DNA of 64,000 bases from Verrucomicrobiia bacterium (GCA_035495615.1 DATJFP010000051.1:364-64363); one strand, 5' to 3'. Counted from the first letter of the stretch, positions 1 to 9,498 are shown. The notes: generated by a model not told the origin, from the letters alone. Numbers and translations are program-made.

Positions 1-1051
1 GCGCGCGCTTCATCAGATGGACCAGAACGCAGCAGGCACCATCCTTGTAGAAGACCCCGAGGCGCATGCTGGGGCACGTGAGCAATTCGTTATCAGTTCT
101 CTCATGGAAGAGGCCATCGCTTCGAGTCAGCTTGAGGGCGCTGCGACGACGCGCGACGTGGCCAAGGAAATGCTGAGAACGGGAAGAAAGCCCAAAAATA
201 CGGCCGAACGCATGATATTAAACAACTATGTCACCATGAAAGCGCTGAAAAAGTACATCAAAGAACCCCTTTCCCGAAAAATGATTCTCGAGATCCACAC
301 TCTTTTATCGAAAGACACCCATTCGGACAAGTCGATCGCGGGCCGCTTCCGGAGAAATGATGAGGAAGTCCGGGTCATCTGGAATGACGGCACGGTATTG
401 CACGTGCCGCCGCCCGCAGATGAGCTCGAAGAAAGAATGGCGGCCCTTTGTGAATTTGCCAATACCGAGGATCATCATTTTATTCATCCGGCCATCAAGG
501 GCATGATCCTTCATTTTTGGCTCGCTTACGACCATCCCTTCGCCGACGGTAACGGCCGCACAGCCCGGGCCTTATTTTACTGGTACATGCTCAAGAAACG
601 TTACTGGCTCATGGAATACATGTCCATTTCCAGAGTCATTAAAACGGCGCCCGCGAAATACGCGAAAGCTTATCTCTATTCCGAAAGCGCGGGGGAAGAC
701 CTGACCTATTTTCTCAATTATCACCTTAACGTGATCGAACGCGCGATGGCGGAGTTCCAGGGGTATGTCCGGTATAAGGCGGAGGAAGCGCGTGAAGCAA
801 AAGTGAAAATTTCGATGGTGGAAGATCTCAACAACCGCCAATCGCAGCTGCTCTATAAAATGCTGACTGAGCCGGAGGCGGCTATGACCATCCAGCGGCA
901 TAGGAATACTTTCGGAACGACGTATGAAACGGCGCGGACAGATCTTTTGTCTCTCGCCAAACGGGGATATCTCAGACAGCATCGAAAGGGAAAGCAATTT
1001 GTTTATACTGTTACCGATAAATTAAAACGAAAAGCCGGCCTGGAAAAATGA
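1..1051 (+). CDS. Fic family protein (Fic/DOC adenylyltransferase-like). The 5' end may lie outside the window.
   Basis: Canonical Fic motif HPFADGNGRTARA in the ORF ending at 1051. The frame is open to the window edge. The C-terminal basic region looks like a winged-helix domain. Confidence 0.8.
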   Translation, partial: RALHQMDQNAAGTILVEDPEAHAGAREQFVISSLMEEAIASSQLEGAATTRDVAKEMLRTGRKPKNTAERMILNNYVTMKALKKYIKEPLSRKMILEIHTLLSKDTHSDKSIAGRFRRNDEEVRVIWNDGTVLHVPPPADELEERMAALCEFANTEDHHFIHPAIKGMILHFWLAYDHPFADGNGRTARALFYWYMLKKRYWLMEYMSISRVIKTAPAKYAKAYLYSESAGEDLTYFLNYHLNVIERAMAEFQGYVRYKAEEAREAKVKISMVEDLNNRQSQLLYKMLTEPEAAMTIQRHRNTFGTTYETARTDLLSLAKRGYLRQHRKGKQFVYTVTDKLKRKAGLEK

Positions 1052-1455
1052 TGGGTTCCTCAAAGGGGAAGAAAATGAATAATAAGCTCACGGTGGAACG
1101 GCGTTTTGCCGCGTCTCTTTTTTTGCTCTCTTTTTTTTACCTCGGACATCTCTTGTTCTCTTCCCGCCTGCTGGCGGAGACCGCCAAGGAGAATCAAACG
1201 GTTTGCGACGCGGCGCGTGACGCGTGCACGGAAGAATGCGAGCCGGTTTATGACTTCGGGGACGACGTGGGCGCCCAGTGCGAGGTTGCCTGCAGCCAGG
1301 GCGCGCATGTGTGCAGCGATCATTCGCTCGACTGCGGCCGGTTTCAGGAAGAATGCGAGGCCGGATGTCCGACGAGCGACGGCAGCGGCAACGATGAAGG
1401 CTACTGGTGCCAGCACGCCTGCGAAGGCGGAGCCCGCGCGTGCCAGGGGCAGTGA
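1048..1455 (+). CDS. Small secreted Cys-rich protein (hypothetical)
   Basis: Hydrophobic signal-like N-terminus. 12 Cys arranged as four repeats of a Cys triad (C-x3-C combined with C-x5/6-C). Start overlaps the Fic stop (ATGATG). Confidence 0.5.
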   Translation: MMGSSKGKKMNNKLTVERRFAASLFLLSFFYLGHLLFSSRLLAETAKENQTVCDAARDACTEECEPVYDFGDDVGAQCEVACSQGAHVCSDHSLDCGRFQEECEAGCPTSDGSGNDEGYWCQHACEGGARACQGQ

Positions 1456-1547
1456 GGATCGAGAAGGGCGCGGCGGTGAAGATCGCCGAAAAAAGATGCG
1501 GACCGGATCGGGCGATTGTGATCGACAAGAAGACGGGCGAAATCTTT

Positions 1548-1961
1548 ATGATGGGAATGCGAAGGATGAAGGTCAGGTCTTTTGCCGCGGTGCTTCTGAT
1601 CGCGATGCAGGCCGCGCCGCTCGCAGGCTGCGGGGAAAAAGAGTTCAAGACCTTCGCGGAAATCGATCGGGAGAAGGAAGCGGCCCGGAATTATTCGAAG
1701 GGAAAGCTCGAACGTCTTGCGCGGAATGCTTCGGAGAAGCGGTACGAGAACATGAAGAAGTTCCGCGAGGTCGAAGCAAAGGTCCGGGACATTCCGCTCG
1801 AGAAGCAGTTTGATAAGCCCGCGTCGAAATTAAAAGATCAGATGCGATTTTATACCGACAAGGTCGCCGGATATAACATGCTTTACGACAGCTACATGTA
1901 TTTCTATCTCCAAAAGGGCGGCGATTACGAGAAGATCAAATTACGGCGAGACGAGGATTAA
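1548..1961 (+). CDS. Hypothetical lipoprotein
   Basis: Signal peptide with lipobox LAGC (MRRMKVRSFAAVLLIAMQAAPLAGC). Lys/Glu-rich mature part. Exact start among tandem ATGs at 1548-1566 is uncertain. Confidence 0.55.
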   Translation: MMGMRRMKVRSFAAVLLIAMQAAPLAGCGEKEFKTFAEIDREKEAARNYSKGKLERLARNASEKRYENMKKFREVEAKVRDIPLEKQFDKPASKLKDQMRFYTDKVAGYNMLYDSYMYFYLQKGGDYEKIKLRRDED

Positions 1962-1962
1962 C

Positions 1963-2511
1963 ATGAAAAAAAGCGTTCTGTGTTTCGTCTTTATGGCGGG
2001 AGGAGTTTTTTTCGCGGCGTCTTCGGCCCGGGCGGTGACCGTGAAGAATATATCGGACCAGCCTATAGCGGTCGAGCGCTACGGCGAAACCGTCACGATC
2101 CCGCCGCAGGGATACGAATTTGTTTCGGACGCCGCGGCCAACGAGCCCGGGTTCCGGCAGATGATCCGGTCCAAGCAGCTCATGATCGTGAGAGACCCGG
2201 CGAAACAGATCCAGCCCAAGCTCACGGAAGCCTACTGCCGGTCGGACGATTATCCGGACGATGCGCTTTACTGCTGGATGGATCTTGCCGAGCAGGACGG
2301 GGCGCCGCAGTACTGCGAAGCGTTCGATTCCTGGGGCGGAATGAAAGAATGTCTCTATTACGTGGACCGCAAGCGCAAGGTCACGGTCGCGGACTGCAAC
2401 TGGTTCGATCCGAAGAACCCGAATCGCCAGAACTGCATCGACTACGTGAACTCCGGCATTCCTTCCAAGCCGGGACGCAGTTATGAAGAGTCCCTCAAAC
2501 TTTCCAATTAA
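1963..2511 (+). CDS. Secreted hypothetical protein
   Basis: Starts 2 nt after the upstream stop. N-terminal signal peptide (AASSARA). Several Cys and Trp in the C-terminal half. Confidence 0.55.
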   Translation: MKKSVLCFVFMAGGVFFAASSARAVTVKNISDQPIAVERYGETVTIPPQGYEFVSDAAANEPGFRQMIRSKQLMIVRDPAKQIQPKLTEAYCRSDDYPDDALYCWMDLAEQDGAPQYCEAFDSWGGMKECLYYVDRKRKVTVADCNWFDPKNPNRQNCIDYVNSGIPSKPGRSYEESLKLSN

Positions 2512-2670
2512 GAGCCGGACGAGAGCGGGGGCCGAAGCGGGTTACAGTTTGCGCCGGGCGGCGACGATAGTTTTCCGTACGAGTTTCCTGCGCCTTCCGG
2601 CCGCCGGCATTTTCTCAGATCTTATTAAAAAGCGTCCCAAGGGCAGTCTTAATTCTCAGGAGAAAAACTT

Positions 2671-3330
2671 ATGAAGAAATTATTCGGAACGGTTTTGGCG
2701 GTGATGATGGCGTTGACCTTGCCGGTGCCCGCGGCTTTCGCGCGGCCCGCGATCCTGGACCGGCGCGCGCCGGAAAAACAGCGGGCGGATATCGAGAAGC
2801 GGTCGCGGGAAGTCCTGGATCTTCTTTATAAAACGAAACCCGAAACCAAAGCGGTCGTGGAATCCGCGTACGGCTATGCGACGTTCAGCAATTTCGGCGT
2901 GAAAATCTTTCTCGCGGGAAGCGGTTCCGGGCGCGGGGTCGCGGTGGAAAATGCCACCGGCAGGAAAACCTTCATGAACATGGCCGAAGTGCAGGCCGGG
3001 CTCGGGCTGGGCGTGAAGAAGTTCATGTTGGTCTGGATTTTTACCAACGACAAGGCGTTCAATCAATTCGTGAATTCCGGCTGGTCCATTGGCGGCCAGG
3101 CCTCGGCCACGGCGAAAGCCGGCGGCGTGGGCGGCGCTTACGAAGGCGCGATCCCGATTGCCTCGGGCATCTGGCTCTATCAGCTGGCAGGTTCCGGCCT
3201 GGCGCTGGAGCTGACGGCCAAGGGCACCAAGTATTACAAAGACAATGACCTCAACGCCTCCGCCGAAGCGCCCGCGTCCGCGGGAGGAAACGATCTTCGA
3301 GAAAAAATGCAAAAGGCCAAGAATTCTTAA
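2671..3330 (+). CDS. SYLF (Ysc84/DUF500)-like lipid-binding domain protein, secreted
   Basis: Signal peptide followed by Gly-rich blocks (FLAGSGSGRGVAVEN, GGQASATAKAGGVGGAYEG, YQLAGSGLALELTAKG) typical of bacterial SYLF domains. SD-like GGAGAAAAA precedes the ATG. Confidence 0.5.
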   Translation: MKKLFGTVLAVMMALTLPVPAAFARPAILDRRAPEKQRADIEKRSREVLDLLYKTKPETKAVVESAYGYATFSNFGVKIFLAGSGSGRGVAVENATGRKTFMNMAEVQAGLGLGVKKFMLVWIFTNDKAFNQFVNSGWSIGGQASATAKAGGVGGAYEGAIPIASGIWLYQLAGSGLALELTAKGTKYYKDNDLNASAEAPASAGGNDLREKMQKAKNS

Positions 3331-3387
3331 CTTTCCGTTCCGGAAAGTCATGGCCGCGCGCAAACGCCTGCGGTAGAATCCTCGCCT

Positions 3388-4674
3388 ATGTACTGCCAGA
3401 AATGCGACTCCTACATCCCCGACGGGCTGGGCCTTTCCGCGTGTCCCGCATGCAGCATTGATTTGAACGCCTTTCCGCCGAAAGCGCGCGTCCGTGCGGT
3501 TCAAGCGCCCGCGGCACCGGCGGCCAAAGCCGGGCCGGTTAAAAAGGCGGGGAAAAAACCCAGCCTGCTTTTATTCCTGATCGGCGGCGTGCTTTTGGGA
3601 ATTCCGGGCGCGGTGGTGCTGGTGAAGCTGCGGCCGGCGGAAGAAGTCAAAGCGCCGGCCGCGGATCCGGCGGCCACAGCCACGGCCGCAGTGACGGCGC
3701 CCGCGGCCGCCGCGCAATTCACATCGGTTCCCACGCCGCGCTCGAGCGGCGAGATTCCCTGGGACCGCTTCGAGCTGAAGCCCGATCTCGAAGGCGCCAA
3801 GCACGACATCCGCGTGATTCTCCAATGGCTTATCGACTCGGACTTTCCCGGCTCCGAAACCATCCTGAAAAATTACCTCGCGGCGGTCGACGTGATGGGG
3901 GAAATGCCGTCGCCTTTTATTTTTACGAAAACGCATTCGGCGATCGGCGTCAATGTCTACGTGGACCCGCAGGCGCTGTCGAAATTCCTGGGCGAGGCCG
4001 TGGAAAAAAGATCGCCGGATTATTTCTGTTACATGATCGCGTCTCTCGTCGTGCAGGAGGCCTGGGGCTACGAATATTTCCATACCCCGAAAGCGGCGAG
4101 GGAACTGGAGGAGCTGCAGAAAATTCATGACCGCAAATCGGACGATCCGCAGGTCTATGTCAATGCGGTCCGGTTTTTGATGGCGCCCTGGGGGAACCAG
4201 CAGCTGGTCAAAAGTTTCTTCGAGCGGGACGGGGACGACATCGTGAAGCGCGCGGCCATGACTTTCTCGATGGAGGCTTTTGAGCTGACGGAAAAAAAGG
4301 AATTCGAAGCCTGGGCCGTGCGCAAGGGATTGATTTCCGAAGGACGCCTAAAGCCCATCGTCGGCCCCGCCATTAACCAGTGGCTCCAGGGACGCCTGCT
4401 CATCGCGGACATGAACGACAACGAGAGAATCTGGTTCGGGTTGAGCCAGCTTATCCCGATCAACGTGACCGCTCTTCAAGGCGGGCAAATCAACGACGAG
4501 TCGTTCACCTACGGCTTGTACGGCATTTACGAGATCTGGCGCTTTGTGGTGTCCGGCGGCAGCGAAGGCGTGGATCCCAACGCCATTGCCTCCGCGCAGA
4601 CCAAAGGCCTGCCGCCTCCCTCGGCCTTCAAGACCATCTCACCCCAATTTTTAAAATACGTCAAAGAACCCTAG
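3388..4674 (+). CDS. Zinc-ribbon N-terminal, single-pass membrane protein (hypothetical)
   Basis: N-terminal CxxC-x13-CxxC (CQKCD...CPAC), one TM helix (LLLFLIGGVLLGIPGAVVLV), Ala/Pro-rich linker, then a ~300 aa globular domain with no recognised motifs. Confidence 0.55.
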   Translation: MYCQKCDSYIPDGLGLSACPACSIDLNAFPPKARVRAVQAPAAPAAKAGPVKKAGKKPSLLLFLIGGVLLGIPGAVVLVKLRPAEEVKAPAADPAATATAAVTAPAAAAQFTSVPTPRSSGEIPWDRFELKPDLEGAKHDIRVILQWLIDSDFPGSETILKNYLAAVDVMGEMPSPFIFTKTHSAIGVNVYVDPQALSKFLGEAVEKRSPDYFCYMIASLVVQEAWGYEYFHTPKAARELEELQKIHDRKSDDPQVYVNAVRFLMAPWGNQQLVKSFFERDGDDIVKRAAMTFSMEAFELTEKKEFEAWAVRKGLISEGRLKPIVGPAINQWLQGRLLIADMNDNERIWFGLSQLIPINVTALQGGQINDESFTYGLYGIYEIWRFVVSGGSEGVDPNAIASAQTKGLPPPSAFKTISPQFLKYVKEP

Positions 4675-4874
4675 GCCATAGCCCTACACGCAGATGGGCA
4701 TCCTCCGGACACCCAAAGAGCGTTTTTCCTCTGGGCCGGTTTTCTCTCCTCAGGCATGCTTTTTCATAGACGGAAGGTGAGGGGGAACGCCCTCTGAGAA
4801 AGACCGTCAGATTGCCTAAAACTCAGTTTTATAAAGGGTTACAAAAAATGGCGGGAACCGGTGGTTTTTGACGG

Positions 4875-4903
4875 TTGGATTTTGGGGGCGTTTTCCTTAT
4901 AAT
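4875..4903 (+). promoter_or_regulatory. Sigma70-like promoter candidate (TTGGAT-17-TATAAT)
   Basis: -35-like TTGGAT at 4875-4880, 17-nt spacer, perfect -10 TATAAT at 4898-4903, about 50 nt upstream of the ATG at 4955. It lies in a 280-nt intergenic gap. Confidence 0.4.
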
Positions 4904-4954
4904 ACGTGAATATTCCTGCCGTTTTGGACGCCACAGGCGCAGAGGGACCTTCTT

Positions 4955-5359
4955 ATGAATCAATCACACAATGAAATCTGGGACGAAGAATTGGCCGAGC
5001 GCCTGCTGATGAACAGTCAGGCCTGGGAGCTGCTTTTGGAAAAAGGCTACACTCCGGGGCAGAAGACGCGCGTCGAGTTTACGTTCGTAACCGAGAAGCG
5101 CGCCAATGCTCTGAAGCTCAAAGCGTTTTTGGAAACCAAGCCCGGTTACACGATCAAGGTCATCAATAACGATGACGAGTTCGAAGTCGCCTGCCACGCC
5201 GACATGGAGCTTTCGCTCGAAAGCCTGAACCCCTGGGTGACGATGATGGTGCAGGAGGCCCGCAAATGCGACAGCATGTTCGACGGCTGGATTGCGCCGC
5301 AAATCCTCATGGGCAAGGCCATGGAAGGCAAGCTCGAAATCGGGGCCGTTGATTTCTAA
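4955..5359 (+). CDS. Small cytoplasmic hypothetical protein (possibly RraB-like)
   Basis: 134 aa acidic ORF with balanced composition. Followed by a strong intrinsic terminator. The RraB resemblance is from memory only. Confidence 0.5.
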   Translation: MNQSHNEIWDEELAERLLMNSQAWELLLEKGYTPGQKTRVEFTFVTEKRANALKLKAFLETKPGYTIKVINNDDEFEVACHADMELSLESLNPWVTMMVQEARKCDSMFDGWIAPQILMGKAMEGKLEIGAVDF

Positions 5360-5379
5360 GGAATCCGCCCCGCAATAAA

Positions 5380-5418
5380 CCAGGAGAAAGGTCTTTGGAC
5401 CTGTCTCCTGGTTTTTTT
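5380..5418 (+). terminator. Rho-independent terminator
   Basis: CCAGGAGAAAGGTC-TTTG-GACCTGTCTCCTGG stem-loop followed by TTTTTTT. Confidence 0.8.
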
Positions 5419-5422
5419 ATGC

Positions 5423-5731
5423 CTAAATGCCGGGCTTGGGCTTGTTCGCGTAGTGCTCGCCGCGGAGATTGGTGCGGATGAAGACTCCGACCTCAGGGGC
5501 TTTCGGCGGACGCGGAGCGCGGGGTTTGCTATCCGGGCGGCGAAAATCCCGGCCGCGGTCTTTGCGGTGGAAGTGCGGCTTGGAATCCCGGGAGAAGGGG
5601 CGCGGCGCGCGTGAAGGCGCCTGCCGTGACGCTGCCGCCAGGAGATCGATCTTTTTCTCAAGGGCCGCGAGTTTCTGGAGGATGTCGCTAAGGGCGGCCG
5701 TCAAAGATTCTTTCGGGGAAGACTCGTTCAT
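5423..5731 (-). CDS. Small basic protein with N-terminal coiled-coil (hypothetical)
   Basis: Start MNESSPKE is supported by an AAAGGA SD 6 nt upstream on the minus strand. Arg/Pro/Lys-rich C-terminus. The N-terminal motif is shared with the divergent neighbour. Confidence 0.5.
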   Translation of the reverse strand: MNESSPKESLTAALSDILQKLAALEKKIDLLAAASRQAPSRAPRPFSRDSKPHFHRKDRGRDFRRPDSKPRAPRPPKAPEVGVFIRTNLRGEHYANKPKPGI

Positions 5732-5840
5732 AGGGTTCCTTTTAAGGCTGATTTGCGCTAGTGTATAGCGAAATGGCCGCGCAAGGGGATTTATTATGGC
5801 CGGGCCTGGTGCCAACGGCCACATCACAAAAAGGAAAGCG

Positions 5841-6363
5841 TATGAAAAAGAAAACGGCAAAAGCAAAAGTGTCGAAGAGCGGTTCCAAACGCTCCCAGGG
5901 CGGAGGGCTGGAATTGCCGAGCTTCGTGGACGCCATGACGAAACTCGTGCAAAGGCTCGAGTCGCTCGAAGGCAAGGTGGATGCTGTCATCAGCCGCGTA
6001 TCGAATCTGGCCTTCGAAGTGCGGAACGCGGGCCATGCGCCGCAGCGCGCCGAACAGAAGCAAAGCCCGGGCCAGCCTGAGCGCCGCGAACGCGTCATGT
6101 ATCAGGCCGTCTGCGCGGACTGCAAAAAAAGTTGCGAAGTCCCTTTTAAACCGAGCGAAAGCCGGGCAGTCTATTGTAAGGAGTGCTGGGCGCTCCGGAA
6201 ATCCGGCCACGCGCCGCAGGATCCGGACATGCGGAGCAAGGTCAGCCCCGAGCGCAAGGCGCAGTACATGCCGCCTGCCATGGATTACACGCCGGAAAAG
6301 TCCGGGGCCGTGGCCGTGCTCAAGGGCAAAAAGGCCGCGAAGGCGACGAAGAAGCGCAAATAA
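5841..6363 (+). CDS. CxxC-x17-CxxC zinc-ribbon domain protein with basic N- and C-termini
   Basis: AAAGGA SD 5 nt before the ATG at 5841. Central CADCKKSC...17 aa...CKEC motif. Lys-rich tails. Confidence 0.55.
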
Positions 6364-6389
6364 TCGCCCCCTCCCGAAAGGATTTATTC

Positions 6390-6539
6390 ATGAAGCGCTG
6401 CCCGAACTGCAACGAAGACATCGACGAAGACCTTCTCGACCTCGGCGTCTGCCCGCAATGCGGCGATCCTCTGGACGAAGATGAGGAAGACGACGAAGAA
6501 AAAGATGAAGACGAGGAAGGCAAGCCTGATGACGAATAG
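6390..6539 (+). CDS. Small acidic zinc-ribbon protein
   Basis: MKRCPNCN...CPQCG followed by a poly-Asp/Glu tail. AAAGGA SD upstream. Confidence 0.45.
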   Translation: MKRCPNCNEDIDEDLLDLGVCPQCGDPLDEDEEDDEEKDEDEEGKPDDE

Positions 6540-6798
6540 CCGCGGACGGAAACTCTGCCTGGGGATGCTTGCGCTAATGGTGTGCAGCTTGTTCGCGCCC
6601 GCCGGAATTTATGCGAGTGACTATACGAAATGCGTCAGCGAATGCCCGTCCAAAGGTGTGGGGCTCCATTGTGAAGACAATGACGCCCAGTGCCAGGCCA
6701 TCGACAAAGATTTCCGTACGTGCTACCAGAAGTGCAAGGACACGTTCTTGACGAAAACGCCGCCAAAGCCTCTGCCGAAGCCCCAGCCTTCCGTCTGA
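6529..6798 (+). CDS. Small secreted Cys-rich protein (hypothetical)
   Basis: Signal peptide (LCLGMLALMVCSLFAPAGIYA). 8 Cys in the mature part and a Pro/Lys C-terminal tail. Overlaps the upstream stop by 11 nt. Confidence 0.45.
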   Translation: MTNSRGRKLCLGMLALMVCSLFAPAGIYASDYTKCVSECPSKGVGLHCEDNDAQCQAIDKDFRTCYQKCKDTFLTKTPPKPLPKPQPSV

Positions 6799-6896
6799 TC
6801 CTCCCGCGCCTTCGCGATTTTCAGCCTTTCCCTGATCTGACCGCACCCGCGCGGCTCCTAAAATGGTTTCGACTTTCCAACCCGAAGGAGGCCGTC

Positions 6897-7034
6897 ATGC
6901 CGAACTCTCATCCGATCAAGCAGGAAGATCCCAGGAAAAAGCAGCAGGAAAAATCCCGTCCGCATTCGACCCGAACACCGGCTGTGGACACGAATCCGCC
7001 CCGGCCGTATCCGGAAACGGGCGCGCCCGCTTAA
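6897..7034 (+). CDS. Small basic Pro-rich protein (hypothetical)
   Basis: Strong SD GAAGGAGG 6 nt upstream of the ATG at 6897. 45 aa. Confidence 0.4.
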   Translation: MPNSHPIKQEDPRKKQQEKSRPHSTRTPAVDTNPPRPYPETGAPA

Positions 7035-7390
7035 GCCGCGCGCTTTTCCCGGTCGTCCATGATCGCATCGACTTTGCTTTCGATCCGCGCGATGGCCCGC
7101 TCCATTTTCTCGGAGCTGTCTTTGGACTGAGGGCTTCCTTTGTGGATGAGGAAAGAAGTCAGGATCACCATGCTGAAGAGCTGCAGGAATTCCGACTGCC
7201 AGTTTTCGAAGGTGGAGGACAGAAAGCGGGCGAGATATTCCGCGGTCTTGACCGCTTCGCCGTGAGCCGCTTGATCGGCGGCGAATTCCTTCCATTCGAA
7301 GAAGCCCTGCAGGAACCAGCTGACCAGGAAAAGCACGGCCAGCACGAGGCTGAGGCTGTAATCGCTGATTTTGAATGGTCTTTTTTTCAT
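7031..7390 (-). CDS. Hypothetical membrane protein
   Basis: N-terminal TM helix (SLVLAVLFLVSWFL) and a second hydrophobic segment. Clean, non-antisense composition. Confidence 0.55.
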   Translation of the reverse strand: MKKRPFKISDYSLSLVLAVLFLVSWFLQGFFEWKEFAADQAAHGEAVKTAEYLARFLSSTFENWQSEFLQLFSMVILTSFLIHKGSPQSKDSSEKMERAIARIESKVDAIMDDREKRAA

Positions 7391-7548
7391 GTCCCGATGC
7401 TAGCCCCTGCGAAGGGGAAATGACATAAGGGGAAATCGCGGACCAGGGTCGAAAATTCCCTCAAAATCCGGCGCGTGTCTTTTCCCTCCGCGCATCCGAG
7501 GGACTCATTGGTCTTGCCGGGCCGGCGAAGCCTGCCTATACTCTCTTC

Positions 7549-9498
7549 ATGTCGATCCCCGGCGCCGCAGTTAAACCCCAGGCCGTCCTCCCGAAATACG
7601 GGCTGATGATCGTCTTTCTCGCGGCTTTTCTCGGCCAGGGGCTTTGGGCCGCGTGGCGCGTGGGACAGACGACGGATGAAACCACTTACGTGGCCTCGGG
7701 ATATCCGCTCTTGAGGGGCGACCCCAGGTTTTTGCAGGAGCATCCGCCGCTTTCCATGGAATGGGGCGCGCTGCCTCTTCTTTTTTTTCGTCTCGATTTT
7801 CCCGACCAGGCTTTTGTTCCGCTTCCGCACGATGCGCGGCTCGTCGACTTGGCGCGCACAGGCGCGAAATTTCTGTACCAGATGGGCCACGATCCCTACC
7901 GCACGCTATTTCTCGGAAGGATGATGATCGTCTTTCTCGGCGTCCTGCTGGGCGTCTTCGTCTTCGTTTTTACGGAAAATCTTTTTGGGACGGGCGCGGG
8001 CCTCTTCTCCCTGGCGCTGTATGCCTTTTGTCCGGACATCCTGGCGCATGCCAGCCTTTACACGACGGACTTGCCGGTCACGTGCTTCTATTTCATCGCC
8101 GCTTATTTTACCTGGCGCGCGGCCGAGCGCAGAGATACGCGCAGCCTTGTACTGGCCGGCGTCACGACAGGGCTGGCGCTTCTTTCTAAAGTGAGCGCGA
8201 TCGTCGCGCTTCCGGCGCAGGCTTTTTTGTTCGCGGGAGATTTTTTCAAAAAACCGGCGGCGGGCGGGCCTGAGGATCCGCGCCTGGGCAAAGTTTTGAC
8301 GGGACTGGCTGTTTTTCATTTGGTCATGAGCGCGTCGAACCGGCTGATGATGGTCGGGCTGGGCCCGGTATGCCTTCTTTATCTCCAGCATTTTTCCGGG
8401 CTGCGCCGGCAAACATCCAGGCCGCTCCGTTTTTTGAGCTGGGCGCTCACGGGCATGTGGGCGGCGGCCGTCATCTACGTGGCGAGCTTTCCGAAGAAAT
8501 ATTCGCCGCTCATGACCGGGGCCGGAATGGGATGGCTCGTCATTTCGGCGGCGCTCTACGCGGCGCTCTTCCGTCCGGATTTCCAGGCCAAAGCAAGGCG
8601 CCCTTTCGAGGCGCTGAGCGCGATCTGGTTCATCGCGGCTACGGCTGTGGTGCTGGGATTCGCGGATTTTCCTCTCAAAATCCTGCGGTTTTGTCCCTAT
8701 GACGGCTACCTGGTTTCGTTCACGCTTTCCGTGTCGCACGCGGCGCGCTACCACATGCATTGCCTCGAAGGCTCGTTCATCAGCTGCGACTGGCGTTATT
8801 TTCTCGGCGTGATGTCCGTCAAAATTCCCCTGCTGGTTCTTGCCATGGCATTCACGGGCGCGGCGATCGTCCTGACCCGGCGGTCTTCGATCCGCGGGGC
8901 GAGGGCGGTCCTCTTCGGATTTCCGCTGGCGCTCCTTTTCGCCGCGAGCTTCATGAACAAGATCAACATCGGCGTCCGTCACGTGCTGCCGGTTTATCCC
9001 TTTCTTTTTGTGCTGGCCGGCGCGGCTTACGCGGCGCTTCGCGGGCTGCGGTCGGAAACGCTTCGCACGGGTTCCATCGCTTTCGTGAACACCGCGCTTT
9101 TCATGCTGATGCTTCGCACCGGAGCCCTGGCACCGGATTACCTGGTGTATTTCAATGAAGCCGTGGGAGACGCTGAGGCGGGCGCGCGCCTGGTCACGGA
9201 TTCCAACATCGATTGGGGGCAGGACAACAGGGCGCTGGCCGAATATCTCAAAAAAAATTTCTCCGGCAAGACCGTTCGCGCCGGCGTGATGAATTCGAAC
9301 AAAGAACTGTTCGACTACGTGGGCGTCTCCACTCCCATCATGGCGCCCGAAGAATACCAGCATCCCGCGCCCGGCCATTACGTGCTGGGCATCGAGAACT
9401 ACGTGATCGAGCAGCGCGACCCGCGTTCGTGGTTTCGCGGCAAGCGGCCCGATGCCGTCATCGGGAAGACGCGCTATTTGTTCGAAGTAAAGGAATGA
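7549..9498 (+). CDS. GT-C fold glycosyltransferase (PMT/ArnT family-like, GT39/GT83)
   Basis: About 12 predicted TM helices. The N-terminal loop motif DETTYVASGY resembles the DE-x-Y motif of ArnT/PMT. Putative promoter TTGCCG-17-TATACT upstream. Confidence 0.55.
   Translation: MSIPGAAVKPQAVLPKYGLMIVFLAAFLGQGLWAAWRVGQTTDETTYVASGYPLLRGDPRFLQEHPPLSMEWGALPLLFFRLDFPDQAFVPLPHDARLVDLARTGAKFLYQMGHDPYRTLFLGRMMIVFLGVLLGVFVFVFTENLFGTGAGLFSLALYAFCPDILAHASLYTTDLPVTCFYFIAAYFTWRAAERRDTRSLVLAGVTTGLALLSKVSAIVALPAQAFLFAGDFFKKPAAGGPEDPRLGKVLTGLAVFHLVMSASNRLMMVGLGPVCLLYLQHFSGLRRQTSRPLRFLSWALTGMWAAAVIYVASFPKKYSPLMTGAGMGWLVISAALYAALFRPDFQAKARRPFEALSAIWFIAATAVVLGFADFPLKILRFCPYDGYLVSFTLSVSHAARYHMHCLEGSFISCDWRYFLGVMSVKIPLLVLAMAFTGAAIVLTRRSSIRGARAVLFGFPLALLFAASFMNKINIGVRHVLPVYPFLFVLAGAAYAALRGLRSETLRTGSIAFVNTALFMLMLRTGALAPDYLVYFNEAVGDAEAGARLVTDSNIDWGQDNRALAEYLKKNFSGKTVRAGVMNSNKELFDYVGVSTPIMAPEEYQHPAPGHYVLGIENYVIEQRDPRSWFRGKRPDAVIGKTRYLFEVKE

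Noticed and set aside
2483-2674. 63-aa ORF in the gap between 2511 and 2671
   Set aside because: No SD, Arg/Ser-rich. Likely non-coding spacer carrying the SD for the SYLF-like gene.
7906-9378. 490-aa minus-strand ORF inside the GT-C glycosyltransferase gene
   Set aside because: Highly Arg/Gly-rich antisense artefact. The plus-strand product has a coherent 12-TM topology.
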